This document shows, one piece after another, positions 26,901 to 41,271 of a stretch of DNA of 64,000 bases. Under the pieces are notes generated by a model. The model did not search any database. It was not told where the DNA came from and worked only from the letters and a program-made list of their open reading frames with translations. The stretch comes from Orbicella franksi (taxonomy: Eukaryota). Each line of letters starts with the position of its first letter. The first letter of the stretch is position 1. The stretch lies in the NCBI GenBank assembly GCA_964199315.1, contig OZ116709.1:8308001-8372000 (forward strand), written 5' to 3'. Position numbers and translations under genes: made by a program.

Positions 26901-27635
26901 TTTGTTTCGAACGTTTTATTTTCGGACACTCTTTATCTCATTTCGGACAAATTTCGGGCACTGTGATGACACATAGCTAAAGTAAATTTACGCCTGCAAA
27001 ACACGAATTAGACTGAAAGACATCTGTGAAAATGATCGTTTTACTGTACCCTCAAGGTTTTTGAGTTACACCGTGGAGATATTAATACAAATCATATCAA
27101 GCCGTTACGGTCTCGCCCCGATCGCTTCGCTCTCCGGTCGCCGAATGTTTTTTTTTCCTCCTCGCCGGGAGCCTGTTCGCAGGCTATACCTGTATCAACT
27201 AGAGTTCGTCTCATAAAGGAAACTAAGAGCTTTGAAGCTACTAAAATTTTTATACTGTACTGTTAATATTTCGGACGGTTTTATTTTCGGACGCTTTTTT
27301 GGTCCGAAATTATATCGTCCGAAATACTTTGAAAGTAATGTATACAACTGCCTCGCGCGGCGTTTCGTGTATTGTTGCACAATGTGTCTCGGGGTCGCAC
27401 ACTATTCAGCGATCATTCACCAAGAAATACCCAGTATAATAGTTTACTAAAAGAGGCTTTCTAATCTTTTGAAAACTTTTTGTTCTTTAAGCACGTCGGC
27501 GAGGCCCTAATATGGGTTCTAGCGACGGGCCTGGGAGACGACTTCACACCACAATTGAGGACAGCCTGGGGCGATGTTTATGCTATAATCACTGACGTCA
27601 TGTTAGGTGCTATAAAGGACGTCAATGGATACTAA
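23962..27635 (+). CDS. Globin (globin-X/neuroglobin-like) with N-terminal myristoylation motif, 4 exons, 173 aa
   Basis: Exons 23962-24026 (MGIIYSRES..), 25594-25698 (LTDLQIEMIRSSWEKV), 26604-26811 (LFEIAPEMTDLFPF, E7 His in FTTHAL, F8 His in LGQMHAG), 27492-27635 (HVGEALIWVL..AWGDVY). Introns at the canonical B12.2 and G7.0 positions. Confidence 0.92.
25760..26047. repeat. Dispersed repeat ending in a long hairpin, globin intron 2
   Basis: Imperfect hairpin 25949-26047 centred on tgacgagctcgtca; gattggct motif near the 5' end. Confidence 0.6.
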
Positions 27636-29209
27636 TAAACATCCCGTGAATGAAAACAAACAAGTACAATAATCCTCAAGGTCATGTACAAGGATTTGTT
27701 TTATGATCTCCAATGGCAATTAAGATGCATAGTGATTTCATGTAAAATGGTATTGCAGATTATTTCATGGCAAAAGGTGTATTCAATGATGGTCCAAGAC
27801 CTTTCACAAAAGCTAAATTAATCCACTGAGGATGTGTTAGGAGATTTACATGTAATAGCGGTCATGATTTGAACAGCTGCTTACAGAAATTTATTGATAT
27901 AGTAAATTGTATTGAGGGATCGTAACATCTGCTGTAGAGTTTTACTTCAAAGCCTTAGCCCTAGAAAGCTGTATCTTGTAGCATTTTTGTTTTGATTAAA
28001 TTTGTTTATTATACAACATCATCGTAACAAATTATAACAAAAATTTTGATACTCAGAGTAAAAGATAGATTTATAATGACAATGATGATAGTCAACATTA
28101 CTGAACAACAAACAAACAAACAAACAAACAAACAAACAAACATTTAAGATAGCTTTATACAAAAGTTTGAAACTATTAATTTAATTAGAATGACTATTGT
28201 ATTTGTGTAACAAAAAGAATGCAATAAAATTCCTATTTACATTATCAGACTTATTTACTGATATACCAAAGTTAAGTTAAAGTTTTATAAAGTGACACCT
28301 GAAAATAAATAAAAAAGTAAATGAGGTCTTTAGAAACACGGTTAGCTAACACAAAGAGGTTCACAAAAGCTACATTTTGCCATGTCCACCTGATCGGCAT
28401 GCACAACAGGACAAGTCCCTGGGACTGGTCCCTGCAACAAATCTCTCGAAGAATTTACATGAGGGGAATAGCTGCAGGGACTAGTCCGTTGCAGTGTTCA
28501 CATGCGGGAACTAATTGCACAGCAATATAGTAAAAAGTGGGGAAAACAGTATCATTCTTTCACTCTACGACTTTCCCAAATGTGAAAACTAAATTATTAA
28601 GCTTAAATCAACAATGTAGCATTAAAATAAATCAGTGCAATAAAAAAAAACCCAGATTATTATCCAGTGCTTTTTTTTTAAAGATTTTGCAATAACAGAG
28701 TTCTCAATTTTTTTTTGGCAAAATTCTATCAGTATTCCTGTGATAGTAATACTACAAGTTGCTTCTTTGACATCAATACCATCTGGGAGCTTATCATGCA
28801 GATCTGTGGCTGGTTAGTTTAATTTGCTTGGAGGGACTTGTCCCATGAACAGTTCACATGAAGTCACAAGGAGCACATTTTGGTCCATGTGACTAGATTT
28901 TTTTTTTTTACAAAAATGGCTAGTTCACACTATGGGACTTTTCCCCAGAACTTGTTGCAGGGACTAGTGCCCTGGTGTGTGTGCCAACCTCTGCTAATCT
29001 CACTGCTCTAAACAATGACTTCCCATTTAACCACAAAGTTGTCAAAACAATTTCATAAACTTACAAGAACTGAATAGAGCAGCTGACATTCTTGACTACG
29101 AGCCATATTTTCACAACTTTACTGTTCTCTCTGAACATATTTTTTAATGTAAGTTCAGGACAGTAAACTCAGAAAGTGTTTCCAATAATATTATAGTTAG
29201 TACCAATAA

Positions 29210-30022
29210 CAAGCCTGCAAATAACAGTCGGTCATCGGACAATTGTCTGGTAAATTTATCTGAATGCAATCACTTTCAAAAACTTTAAAACCTCTAAAAT
29301 GTAACCAAATATTTTTCATGCCGTATTATCAAAAATCAGTTTAATTTTTAACTCTTTATAGTTTTTTTTACGTCTGTCAGTGTGGTTGAAATATAGTTTC
29401 CGTTCCACAGACATGTTTTTGTGAAAAGCGTGAATGTACAAATTAGTCATGCTTTATAGTCAGTCACGAACACCTCCAATTCCACATTTTAAATAATTAC
29501 GCAAATTTTTTATTCAATTGACCCCGAAAAACTTTCAGAGGAAACTTGCTTTCACAAAAAGTCGAAGAATTCATTTCAGCCAATTTTTAAGTCTCTGAAT
29601 GTTATTGTGAGGTTTTATACTGACAAGCTGTCCACGCGGGAGATTGTTTCATTGCTTTTCCCGTTTTCCTTAGATGTTGTGGGAAACTTGTTATGTTGGA
29701 AATGTTTGTGTGACTAGGGGTATAAACGTTTGTAAATTTGTCAATTTTTAACAGGTAAAATAATACCAGACGTGATGTAAAGGTCCCCTTGCTGGTGCTA
29801 GTAGTGATTTTACACTCAGTTGACTTTTAAGCTATTCGAATTTGCAACCAATATTTTGGCGAAGAGTCTACACTGAAGTATCAAAATGTCTCAAATGTCT
29901 CTTTTTAATTTCTAACGACAAACAATTTTTTTTGTCCAGCCAGACTGGCTTTTTGTCAGGTCAAAACTTGTCCTTGTCCTGACAAATGACCTGCCTATGG
30001 ACAAAAATTATTTGCAGGCTTG
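29210..30022. mobile_element. 813-bp TIR element with apparent 5-bp TSD
   Basis: Perfect 15-bp TIR caagcctgcaaataa / ttatttgcaggcttg; aataa on both flanks. Confidence 0.7.
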
Positions 30023-30062
30023 AATAAAGATACATGTAATTCTCTTACCTTAGGATTAAAAT

Positions 30063-32360
30063 TCACTTTTGTAGAATAAACTGCTCTATAAACTCATTCT
30101 GTTCACTCTCAACCTTCTGTAAAGCTTCATGCTGTACACGGAAACTATAAGAAAACATTCAAAAGAATCTTGGTAATTCTTATAACAGTTCAAACCTTGG
30201 GCAAGTTCCACTTTTGGCAAATATTTCTTAAAGCACTCAAATATTTCTGACTCTTTTATCAATCCAATCAGAAAACATTCATGCCATATGATGTAACATA
30301 AATCATAATATAAATTAATAAAATCAGTAACTTTATTAAATGTGAAAACTTCTAGCTTGTCTACAGGGCTTACTTATCAGAAAAAACACCAGATTGGATT
30401 GGAATTTGGCATGTTGGGTTTTAAAGATGATTTACAGTCTGTACTGTGCACTCTTGCGAGTTTGCTGTGAGGTTAATTCAAAGTTTCATGTCAACCACCA
30501 TTATGGATGCAAAGCTTTATGTTTCAGTTTTCCAATATCACTTGATGAAACAGCTTTGCAGCTGTAAAAATCAAAGAAACTGCAAAAAAAGGAATTTAAA
30601 ATGCCTCAAAGATAAGGTAAGAGGTTGGTAATAACATCGATTTGCATTCCATCAAGTGAGACTTACAAAAATTTCGGTGCTGAGACTACACAGTGTGCAC
30701 TGGAAATCATTTTTAAGGAGGGATGAAAACTGGAAAACCCAAGGGAAACCTCTCAGAGCATGGCAAGCACTACCAAAACACTCAACCCAAGTATGTCACT
30801 AAGCCAGAATCAAACCTGAGCCAAATGCATGGGAGGATGTAATTCCTACTCCCATGTCATGTTGCTTAGCAACATTATAACAGAGCCATGGGCTCAGTAA
30901 ATTCTCATCAATTCACTGGAAATGTAGGGGTAGTGTATGATAAATCAGAGAGTCACTTTGTGAAACAGTGTGAGTTGTATCTCTTGTGTGGGCCTAAGAC
31001 TTTCTTAACCTTGCAAAAGAAAGTGAGACCGTCAGGCAAAATTTGAGAAACAGGTTTGACAAGGTGATATCTAAGAAATCTGACTAACATTTTGCAAGAC
31101 ATGTATTGTTTGAAGAACTATTTCCCACACTAAGTGCACCTCTTGTTTTGGATACATACAGTTTTTTTTTGTCATATATCAAAGCAGGCGATGACACACT
31201 CCTGGATTAATCACCAGGGTCCGGTTGTTCAAAGGATGAATAGCTACCTACTAACCAACAGATAAATCACTATCCAATGGATAAGTGTTGATGAAGACAA
31301 ACTACACTATCCTCAGAACAGTGATATTTATCTGGCCCCAGTTGTTCGAAGGCTGTATAACACTATCCCCTGGATAAATTGCCATCCGCTGGATAGTGAT
31401 TTATCCAGTGGATAGCGTTATCCACCTTACGAACAACCAGGGCCTGGTAAGTAGCCTTATCCTTACTTCAGACAACTAATGCTGAATAGGTTCTCACCGT
31501 TCAAGCTGTGTTTTCTTTTCTGCAATCAGTGCCCGAAGTTGCTGTTGTTGTGCCTCTCTTTGCTTTGCAATCGATTTTAAAAGATTCCTTGAGCCAATGG
31601 CCTAACAAAAATGTACAACACTTTAAGTGCCCCATCCAGAATTAACTAACATTATTCTCTTCAATCCATGGGTTGAATGAACTTAAAATTGTTCAGGTAG
31701 AGTTAAAAAATAGTACTGAAGGGCAGCCCAATTACCAGGCCAGTCTATTTATCATAATCGAAGTAAGTGAAAGTCGTAATTAGGCTTGGGTGCAAGCCGA
31801 ATACCGTAAACTAACTCCACTGTACGTGTTCAAGTTCCATATGGAAGGGTATCGGGTATTCTAAAATCAAAATGTAGTTTGGAAACAATCGAAACATAAA
31901 TTTCAAGGACAAAGGGAATGAAAAATGTTATAATGAACTCAATAATATGACTATCACCAAGGAGACTTGGAGCGTGTTTACAAATATAAACAACGGAGGT
32001 GCGACGATAGTCTTACCTTCATTTTTTCCTTTTCGACCTCTTTGGCTAATGCGTCAACCATATCAATAAATCCTCCCACTATTTTTTGAAATTCTCCAAT
32101 TTCTGTGTAGGAAATAAGTTCATAATCTATTAAAATCCGCGTGGATACCAACTTCAAACCGAGGTATCCAAATTTTGCAAAATGTAGAGCAAAATGTTAG
32201 CTTTGCTCTAAGTAATGTAGTTTATGAAACAGCCCTACTTACTGTCGACAAATTCTTTACACTCCTCCTTAAGTTCCTGTGTCTGCTGACCAATTTCTGG
32301 CTCTAAAACCCGAACTTTGTTCAGTTCATCAAAGTGAAAACCTGCAGGACCGTCCGCCAT
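30063..32360 (-). CDS. IFT20: Intraflagellar transport protein 20, 4 exons, 129 aa
   Basis: Exons 32243-32360 ([22 protein letters not shown]), 32017-32102 ([12 protein letters not shown]), 31498-31601 ([22 protein letters not shown]), 30063-30144 ([13 protein letters not shown]); GT..AG, phases match. Confidence 0.95.
31216..31447. mobile_element. Harbinger-type MITE(s) in IFT20 intron 3
   Basis: ggtccggttgttcaaa and ggccccagttgttcgaa starts, ttacgaacaaccagggcc end; repeated ggata/tatcc motifs. Confidence 0.55.
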
Positions 32361-35214
32361 GTTTGTCCGAAGTAATTACCCCACAATGCTTTGCGAACAG
32401 AGAACACCGCTTTTCTCCATAGCAAAACAGGGAGCCGTCGAAATTCACAGCATTTTGGCCGTTATTTGTCGTCTTTTGGAAACCGGTTTAACATCACGGA
32501 ATGCTTTTAATTTTGCATTACAAAAGACGTTTCGGATGTAAACAAGACGTAGAGATTTTTGAAAACGTACCAGCATCTTGGTGTTGGGTTTAAAAACTCT
32601 TTATCAACATTGCGTCACGAAACAGAGGACAAGGGGTGGAATTTGAAGCTTTATGGTGTTCAGAAAAGATCGAAATGGGAACCGGTTTAACCTCAATGAA
32701 AGGGTAAATGGTTCGTTCCCAAGGTAAAGGGTGAATCAAACCACAGGTTGAGATTTTTGGAACTTTACCAGCTGCTGTTACTGTGTCGTACAAGAGAAGA
32801 TTAGCGTGTCATCAGCCTCGATGAACAAAAAACCCAGAGGTCACCCAAGCGTAACATAAGAGTTTGTATGGCGCTGATACGGCCGCAAATAGGAGTGTAT
32901 CGAGATGAGAAGATGGAATTGAAATCATTCAATGTATTGCGTAATTCACCGAACAAAGACGCTTGAACATCCAGTGGTGTTATTTTTTCTCATCCTGGTG
33001 TGTTTTAAACGAGATTTGAGCGAATTTTGATGATTTATCCTCCACCGTCCGTCCTAATTATAGTGTTCCGTCCCTTTTATAGAAAGTCAGCGAAGACAGC
33101 TTAGGATGGCGAGGATGTAACTGAAAAACACAATAGACTTGAAGACGTGAAAAGGCCTGCGTTTTCCAATTCCGACTCCGATTTCTTCGAAATTCCTTTA
33201 TGCATTAACTTGGCTATCAAGTTCTTATTCCTTAAAATTAGGGGGCATTTTCTGATTTTATCCCAGATTTCGAGTAAATATTTCATTGGTAACGGTGCTC
33301 CTTTATTACTCAGATATGGCGAGAGACATACGCGAAAAACTCTCTATGCTTTCCCTGGCCTGTTGGTTTCGCTGTTGTTGCGAGTCCTTGGGCGACTTAG
33401 GTCGCTCACGCTCGCGACTTCGTCGCTCGAAGATTGCCCGAAGATTGGGAGATAAAAGCAAAGGTCGACTTGTGCCAAGATCTATTGAGTGCCCTGAAAT
33501 CAAAACCAAACGAATTACTTACTAATTAGACTACTTAGCCAATCTCAAACCGTGGTAAAACCAAAGTATAGACACAGTACACAGTGCTGTCCAAAAGGAG
33601 TCTTAAAGGAGACTTAAGAGATTAAGGATCTCATGTTCTAGCTGTTCGAAACAGCTGTGCTTCTCGCAGTTCCAAGCTATGGTTGCACTAGACTCTAGAC
33701 ACTCGGGGGTTCTTGCACTAAGAGCGCTTTTTTGCGACGACCCCTCTCGTTAAACCAAAGTAATCTGGCCAATCAGAACAAATGTAATAAAAGACCTAAT
33801 TGAACCAATCGGAAGTCAAAGTAAAAACATGTGACAAGAGCCAAGCGCGGGAAAGCGTGGGCACTGCGCCAAGATCCCATTGGTTTTGGCTTTTCTCACT
33901 GATTGGTTAGGTGCGCCATGAAAAACAATTTGCGATTAACATCAGGTTTCATCCCAATTTGATCCTAAACTCGTCTTTATCCTGGTCATTAGTTCAACAT
34001 TGCAAGTCTTCGTAGCAATAATTTTTATTATTATTATAATACATCACTTTATCATTGACAGTTGAAACCTTCTCGTCCTTAGGTCTTATAATCTCATCAC
34101 CTGATTTCTTTTATTTGGAAAGACACTGTTAGGAGAAGTTCTCTTTTTATCACTTCCTGTAGACAACAAGCAGTCCCTCTTGAATCGGAGAAAGCGTTAC
34201 CATTTTTTCTTGCCTTTCCCTCCTTCATTCAGTTCACGCTTTCTCCGTGGGAGCTATTCACCCATGGGTTTGGGAATGATTGTCGCTGGACATGGTAAGT
34301 TATCAGGACGTTCTGTCTCGAACTTCCCATTTTGGTCTAGACCATTATACTTGTAAAGGTACATGTACATATCCATGTACCACGTAAATATTTTTCCAGC
34401 TAAATACCCTAAACAGTACCTCGATGACTATAACGGTGGCTATTTTAGATGTCAAAAGATTTTTAAAAACACCCTGGCCGGGTTGCTCGAAGGCCGGTTA
34501 ACGACGTAAGGCTAACCCAGAATTGAAAGTTAACCGAAGTGGAAATTTTTTTGTGTAAAAATGTTTTTCACTGCCTATGTTTTATGTAGTTTGAGATTAT
34601 TCAAACTCAAAACAGAAGGCCAAACGATATAAACAGAAAACCTTACTGGAAAATTACAAAACTGAAATCAAAATTCTCGTATACCCGGGTTAGCTTAATC
34701 GGGCTTTGAACTCGGCCCAGAAACGGAAGAAACCATGAATGTTTTAATAACCCCTTAAAAGCATGGAGATCACCCCTGTCATTTTCAACATGCGGAACCA
34801 TGCGACAGCGGGAAATATTTCTGCGTTCGCAGGCTAGTATTGGGTATAGTACCTCGCATTTAGCCTCGAAAAGGGCTACACACCCCACCCAGATTTCCGG
34901 GGCATACCACTACAGGTTCTGCGGGATGTTGCCCGAGCCTAAGTCGAGATGTACTGTTGTAAGTCTACACTACCACTTACAACGTTTACAAAACTTCTCC
35001 CATCAATTTAAAACCACATAACACCACTGAAGCAACTTTCAAGTTCTACGGCAAGTTCAATACACCATTTACGTTCTTTTGCAGTCACCACCCTTTGCGT
35101 GTTCGTAGAATGAAAGAGTCCAGTATATCAATCTTTTTAATTCACTGAAAATTCATACTGGCGAAATACTACAAACAGCCTCCGTGCAGGAATCAGTGCC
35201 CTTCAAAATCGAGC

Positions 35215-35367
35215 TAGACTACGAGTAGCCCCTCTTTCGCCGCCTGGCGCGAAAGAAAACCGCGAGAAAGAAAACGGCCGATTTCGCGCGGCCATTTTTT
35301 CCCTTGCCGTTTATATATGGTCTCGCTCGAGGGACTATAAAGCAAAAGACGGACTACTCGAAGTCTA
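35215..35367. mobile_element. Short TAG..CTA MITE with degenerate 9-bp TSD
   Basis: TIR tagactacgagtag / ctactcgaagtcta; flanks aaatcgagc / acaccgagc (7/9). Confidence 0.6.
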
Positions 35368-35464
35368 ACACCGAGCTTAACAGATTATGATACATAGGTA
35401 GAACTACACAACCGCAAATCCCACAAATCCAAATGACGATTCAATTCAAGCTCTCTCTCTTTCT

Positions 35465-38400
35465 TCATCGGTTTTTGTCTTGCCTTCTGGACGGTTCTTC
35501 GTCGCTTTCCGGAATCACTCGTGGCCCGACGGCTCTACGAGTCGCGCTGAGAAGTTCGGCGTCGGGTAGGTTCCCGGTCCCTCTGTGCTCGTACAAAAGA
35601 ACGTTCAGTGACTCCTCGTAAATTCTCGAGTCCGGGAATTCCACTTTTGTTTGCGGTTTTTCCGTGGCGTAGACAATCGACGTGCAACAGACTTCTGCAA
35701 GTTTCTTGCCGTTGCCGTAAAAAGTCCAACAGCAGATTTCATTGTTACCGATCAAGTCTTTGATAAAGAGTATGCGTCCATTGAAGCGGAGCGATAGCTT
35801 GTCGAAGAGTTCGATATTTTTTAACAGATTGTCGTCTGACTGACTGTAGGAGTGAAGAAAAGAAACAAAACACCTTCAGCAAATTTAAGTCCCCACCACA
35901 ACCTCGTTTCCAGGGTCTCTCATCTTGGCGGGAAGGTGAGAGGCCCTGGAAACGAGGTTGTCTCCACCCCTGCCGTTATTTGAATTGTCGCGCAACAATC
36001 ACGGGGAGAAGAGTTGCGTGACCATTTTAATGATGGCTATAAAGGAGACAATAAATTTAGGGGGGATTTAAAGTGATAAACCATCCCATAATGATGGAAA
36101 CGCTTTGAAATCTTCACATTCGATCCTTTCTGTGCTCTAGAAACGCCCAGGTACCACAGGTGACTTTGGGTGACTGTAAAAACTTACTTTTTTCATATAA
36201 GCTTAAGTGCTGGGCACCCAGGATTTCATAGTTAGGAACCTCAGACCAGACCATAGCCTCGTTGGTGAACTTTTATCGTCTATTTACCTTTTTTTTGACA
36301 AGTTCAAACAAGCAGGTTGGCAACTTCTTAGCAACTTCTGGGATTTTCACCAACTTTTTAGGAAAGGAACTACTTTTCCTAAAGTTAGCACATTTTCACC
36401 AGCTTTCATGCATTTGAGTCAAGATACAGAACGTTTGTAGCTGTATTGTTATGTAAGTAGCTGGGTAAGTAATTGGTAAGTAGCAGCATTTTTGGATGAG
36501 ATGTTGTGCATCAATATAGACACAAATGTTTTGCTAGAAAATACACCACTTAAAAATTCATACGAAACTACATCTGCGACCTGAGAGGCGTATTTTCCAT
36601 ATCTTCACAAGTGAAGACATTGATGACATCATTTCCTGCTTTTTCATGGTTGTCTCTACAAACAGTCAGTTTGTCTATATAATAAAACGAAAATATCTCC
36701 ACGGTGGCTTGAAGATATGAATTCTATTCAATATTTTTTTATCACTTGAAAATAAAATTCATATCTTTGTGCTGCGGTGTAATATCCTCTATTCACCTAA
36801 AAAGTTTTATGCCTCAAGAATTTGTGTTGACATCAATAAAAGTTAATGCTCTGGATCCTAAAGCTACATGTGGACTTACCCAGTGTAGGAGTATTTGTTA
36901 TTTGATCTGTTATATGAAAGTTTGACCACTGGCTGTTCAGAAAAAGAAAATCAAGTTCATATATCAATCTTCTGTTCTGTGATAATGGAAAAAGCAGGGT
37001 TGTCAAAAGTAGCTGGCTGCGGGGGAAAATCACCATCTACTTCATGATATTGACTGGTAAGGCCCGGTTCACACAAACAACGTAAACGAAATAATGACCT
37101 AATAACATAAATATGACATAATCACTCATGCCAGTAATGTGAACATTGACATAAAGACGCTTGGAAAAGAATACACTATTTCCTTATGTTGTTATGTCCA
37201 TGATGTTATGTTGCTTTTCTGTCTTTGTGTCAGGATGTTCACGCTACAAATGTCCTTATGACTAGTGTGAACTAGGCTTGACTCTGCTAGCCAAGGGTGC
37301 TTGTTTGATCCTTTCACAAGAGATGGCAATATCACACACTTACTCCAACAATAAAGCTACCCACTTCAAAACTTTACAACAACCCAACTAAAAAAAAACT
37401 TTTTAGGTAATTTCCTTTTCAGCAAAAAAGTTGTGCACCAGTCATGCCTCTAGTAGCCTGAGATGTTAGGCAGGCCTAAAATCTTAAATGCCTGTCATAA
37501 ACATTTGATTCATTCCTACACACTGATACGTTGTAAAGAATGTGGATGACATGAGATATCATGGACAACTTAGTAATTTAAAGGAGACGTAAGCCAGTCA
37601 GCAAACTTGGGAAAGAGAAGGAGTAATGAACCATTAGGGACAAGTTACACACTCTGTGCATTAAATCCAGAAGACTGGGATCAGACAAAGAGTGCCTTCC
37701 ACAACTGAACAGGACAAGAATCAGCATTCCAGTGTTTAAAAAGGAAAGCAAAATCTTTTACATACCTTTTTACCAGTGACAAGCTGTCTTTCTTCCTTGG
37801 AAGACGTTATAAGAGGAACACGACAGATAGGGTCATGCTCTTCCTTTTTCTTCTCGAGTGCTTTCTCGCAAAGTTCTGCTAGTGACTCAATCAGATAATA
37901 CTTGGCCTCTATCAAGATTTCTTGCAGCTCTACCTCATTCTGTGGTAATGGTACAGTACCATCACGCAAGAAGTTCAAAATAAGGGAAAAGTGCTTTCCA
38001 CAGCGATCAATAAGAATCCAGCCTAAACAATAACAGGACAAGATTTTGTTGTTAACCAAGTTTCAGAATGAGATCTCTTAATGCATAAAATAAACAACAC
38101 AAGAATTTGGGCACAACATAATTATATAGTTAAGTCAAGTCAAGGGCCATGATCAAACAGTAAAGAGGGTTATACAGGGGTATTCTCACGACTAATGACT
38201 AGCTTATTTTCTTTTCCGTGTAACATGATTCTTTGTGAGCCGTGACTTGCAGGTTCTGCATTACCTGTGAAGAGTGAAGAGCGCTGATATCACAAATATC
38301 AAATAATAATTATTATTAATGACTATTATTAACCAATATTCATGAATTCACCTCTCTATTCTACATGATTTTAAGACTTTGAGACTGAAAAGATGAACTG

Positions 38401-41271
38401 TGACCTCTGTATAATTATCATAACATCGCGTAAGGCATCGACAGCTACCAAGAAACAGAGCTTTCATTGTAAATAATGTAAAGTAAGCCATTGTGCAATC
38501 GTGCAGGTTAGTGTACCCTACTTGCTTATTTTCATGATTCTGGAAAATGACATTTTGAAATCCATGATCCATGATTCGCTATTTTTTCTGTTTGTGAACT
38601 GTGCCAGAAGACCCCCCCCCCCCCAACTCCTGTATAAGCCTCCGTAACATAAATCAGAACTCAACTAGGAAGAGAGAGAAATAAAGAGGGGGCAGGAGGG
38701 TGTTCATGCTGGCAGTTGGCTAAAGGGGATGTGGCCTTGGATGGGAGCAGATTTTCATGACTGGATCAACCATCATTGGGTTTTATTTTCAGCAGTGCGA
38801 TGTTCCAGAAACAGTAGGAGAATCTAGCAATTCACCTATTTATGATAGGTTGCAAATATGCCAGTGTCATGAAGAGTTAAGTCCTCTTAATTCAATAATT
38901 CTTTTTAGGATGACTTAGTTAAAAGGGTTCACAAGTTACAGTGAAAAATGCAGAGTGACGAGGCTGTGATTTGAGTAATTACAAACAAGTGCTAGGATGG
39001 GGTCTATATACAGAACAGGCCATAATGTGCTAAGGGATTTGAGATAGCAATGAGTGATTCCAGAAAATATCGATACCCTACCACAGGCGGCATGAACATT
39101 TTAACCCCCCTTTGGCTTCAGAAATTCCAAAATACTCTACCCCCCCCCCCCCCTCCAATGCCCTCTGAATTCCAAAATCGTTAACCCCCTTTTTCCATTT
39201 TCCATCTGGAATCCTAGATTGACTCCCTACGACTTCCAACAAAAGAGATTTCACATCTTCCCAGAAGTTTACCAACTGTCTGACAGGGCTTGAAATTGCG
39301 ACCGATACAATCACATGAATTCGTGACTAAAATGTTTAGCGACTAGAACTTCCTCCTCTTCAGGCACAGTTTTGCAACTAGTTTTCGACTAAACTATTGA
39401 AGGAATAAAATGTCCAGAACATGTTGTCAGTGGTCAGCAAGAATGCTAGTCAGATACTACAAATTGTTCTAACTTCATGACACACTGGTCGATATGTTAG
39501 CCAGTCCTGTAATATCATGGGCTGGCTGGGTTTTAAGTTTTAATCTGTTAGAGAGTACATTCCTGTTACTTGATGAAAATTCTTTGGTTTCTTTTTTAAA
39601 CAGAGCACAACATGAACTGAAGAAGCATAAATTGACATTTCACAACACTTTGTTGAAGAGGGCCTTAATTATAAAATAAATATAGGCTTGCTTCTTTTAG
39701 GGGGCTCACTACTCAGGCCTCTAATTTCGGCATTAATTATTAGTAGCTACAATTTTTTGATGTTACTTTCACAGGGTCACCACTTTTAGGAAGTTATTAC
39801 TTTCAGAATTTCACAGCTGGTCTGATAACCCTACTGGTTTTTCTTTCTTCTCTACCTAAACTGCTAGGCCAAATTGTTGTTGTCTTAATCACACAATAAA
39901 TTTATTTCTTACCATTTCCAAGGCAACAAACTGGAACACTTCCGAAAACAATCCCTTGGAGCATGCTACCTCTGGTTACCCCTCCTCTCTCCTCCCCTAC
40001 CCTAATTAATGATGGTCCTGATTTTTGTTAGAACCTATTTTTTGGTGCCAGCATCTTTGAAAAAAGATTGCCACCAGTTTTATTATAAAGAACCTCAACC
40101 AAGGAGAGGGAGGAAGTCCCCTTTATGTCCCTCATCCACCATACTGCTCATTATAATAATAATAATTTGCCACAATAATAATTTGCCACAGTTCTCCGGT
40201 CCTAATCACTGAATTCTTCTATGCAGCCTATGAAACAGTGTAACAACTGCATTGTAGAGTGAAGACCCTGGGAAGAAGCCCATATGAAAATGTCGGGGAT
40301 GCTCGTCACAAAATTTTAATTTAACCCCTAAATCTTGGCATGGCTTGAGCTTTATTTGACCCTTAAAGGATACCACTTAAAATAAAATAGGCTTGATTAC
40401 TAGCCAGTGTTCAGGAAAGGAGCCAGCACTACTGCTGGCGTAGACCAGTGGAAATCGAGCATAAAATAGGAAATGATAGCGTTTTTTATTGTTATCTCTT
40501 CAAGTGCACCCTAAAAGACACTTTGACAGCTAAAAATAGTGGTATTTCATCCTGATCACTCACCCTAAGTGAGACCAAAATCTTTGATTTACATCCCTAA
40601 GCAAGATGACAAGCATCCCTTACCTTTTCATATGGGAGTTCCTGTTCCCTACCCCGCTCCCACCACCCTAGGGTGAAGACCAAAATCTGAAGAACTGATT
40701 TTAACAGAGGACACCAATCCACGTTATCAGTTAAAGGAAGCTTATTCGTTCTTGCTAGAATCTTACTGTATTTTCAGTAGAAAATCCCAAGCTGTGACAA
40801 ATTTAAATAATTTAATCAGTGCTACAAAAATAAGGAGTGCTCTTTGTATATGAGATTGGCACTGGAAATTGAAAAAATGTAAAAACATGAACGTATGAAT
40901 GCATATGTAAGCTAATTAAGTCTTCTGTGGGTCATTATTATAACATCACGTTCAGCGTATATGTAAGCTTATGGTTTTGAAGACGTCGTCGACGTTTTAA
41001 AGCTAATAGTTTATCTGCGGTTTTGACGCCGAAAATGAGCACAAATAGGCGTTACGTTGTGCTCATTAGAGAACTACTGAGCCTACGAATTCAACCTACC
41101 CTCGGTGTCTGTCAGAACCTCCATTCTTCCGCTAAACATTGCCCTCAACATGCTGTCCTGTTTCGACAGAGTTCCGATCGTTGTATAGTGTAGAGACCCT
41201 CCAACATTCAGTTTCACGTATTTTGTTGGCGACCCTCGCACGGTCATCGGATGAGTTGTCTCTCCAGACAT
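35465..41271 (-). CDS. KCTD10: BTB/POZ CUL3-adaptor KCTD10 (BACURD family), 4 exons, 286 aa
   Basis: Exons 41100-41271 ([36 protein letters not shown]), 37766-38022 ([21 protein letters not shown]), 36880-36932 ([17 protein letters not shown]), 35465-35843 ([45 protein letters not shown]); phases match. Confidence 0.93.
35899..35960. mobile_element. 62-bp MITE (caacctcgtttccaggg TIR) in KCTD10 intron 3
   Basis: Perfect 17-bp TIR; flanks tccccacca / tctccaccc (7/9). Confidence 0.65.

Noticed and set aside
26482-26976. 164-aa ORF as a complete globin
   Set aside because: Only 26604-26811 is exon; the rest is intronic read-through.
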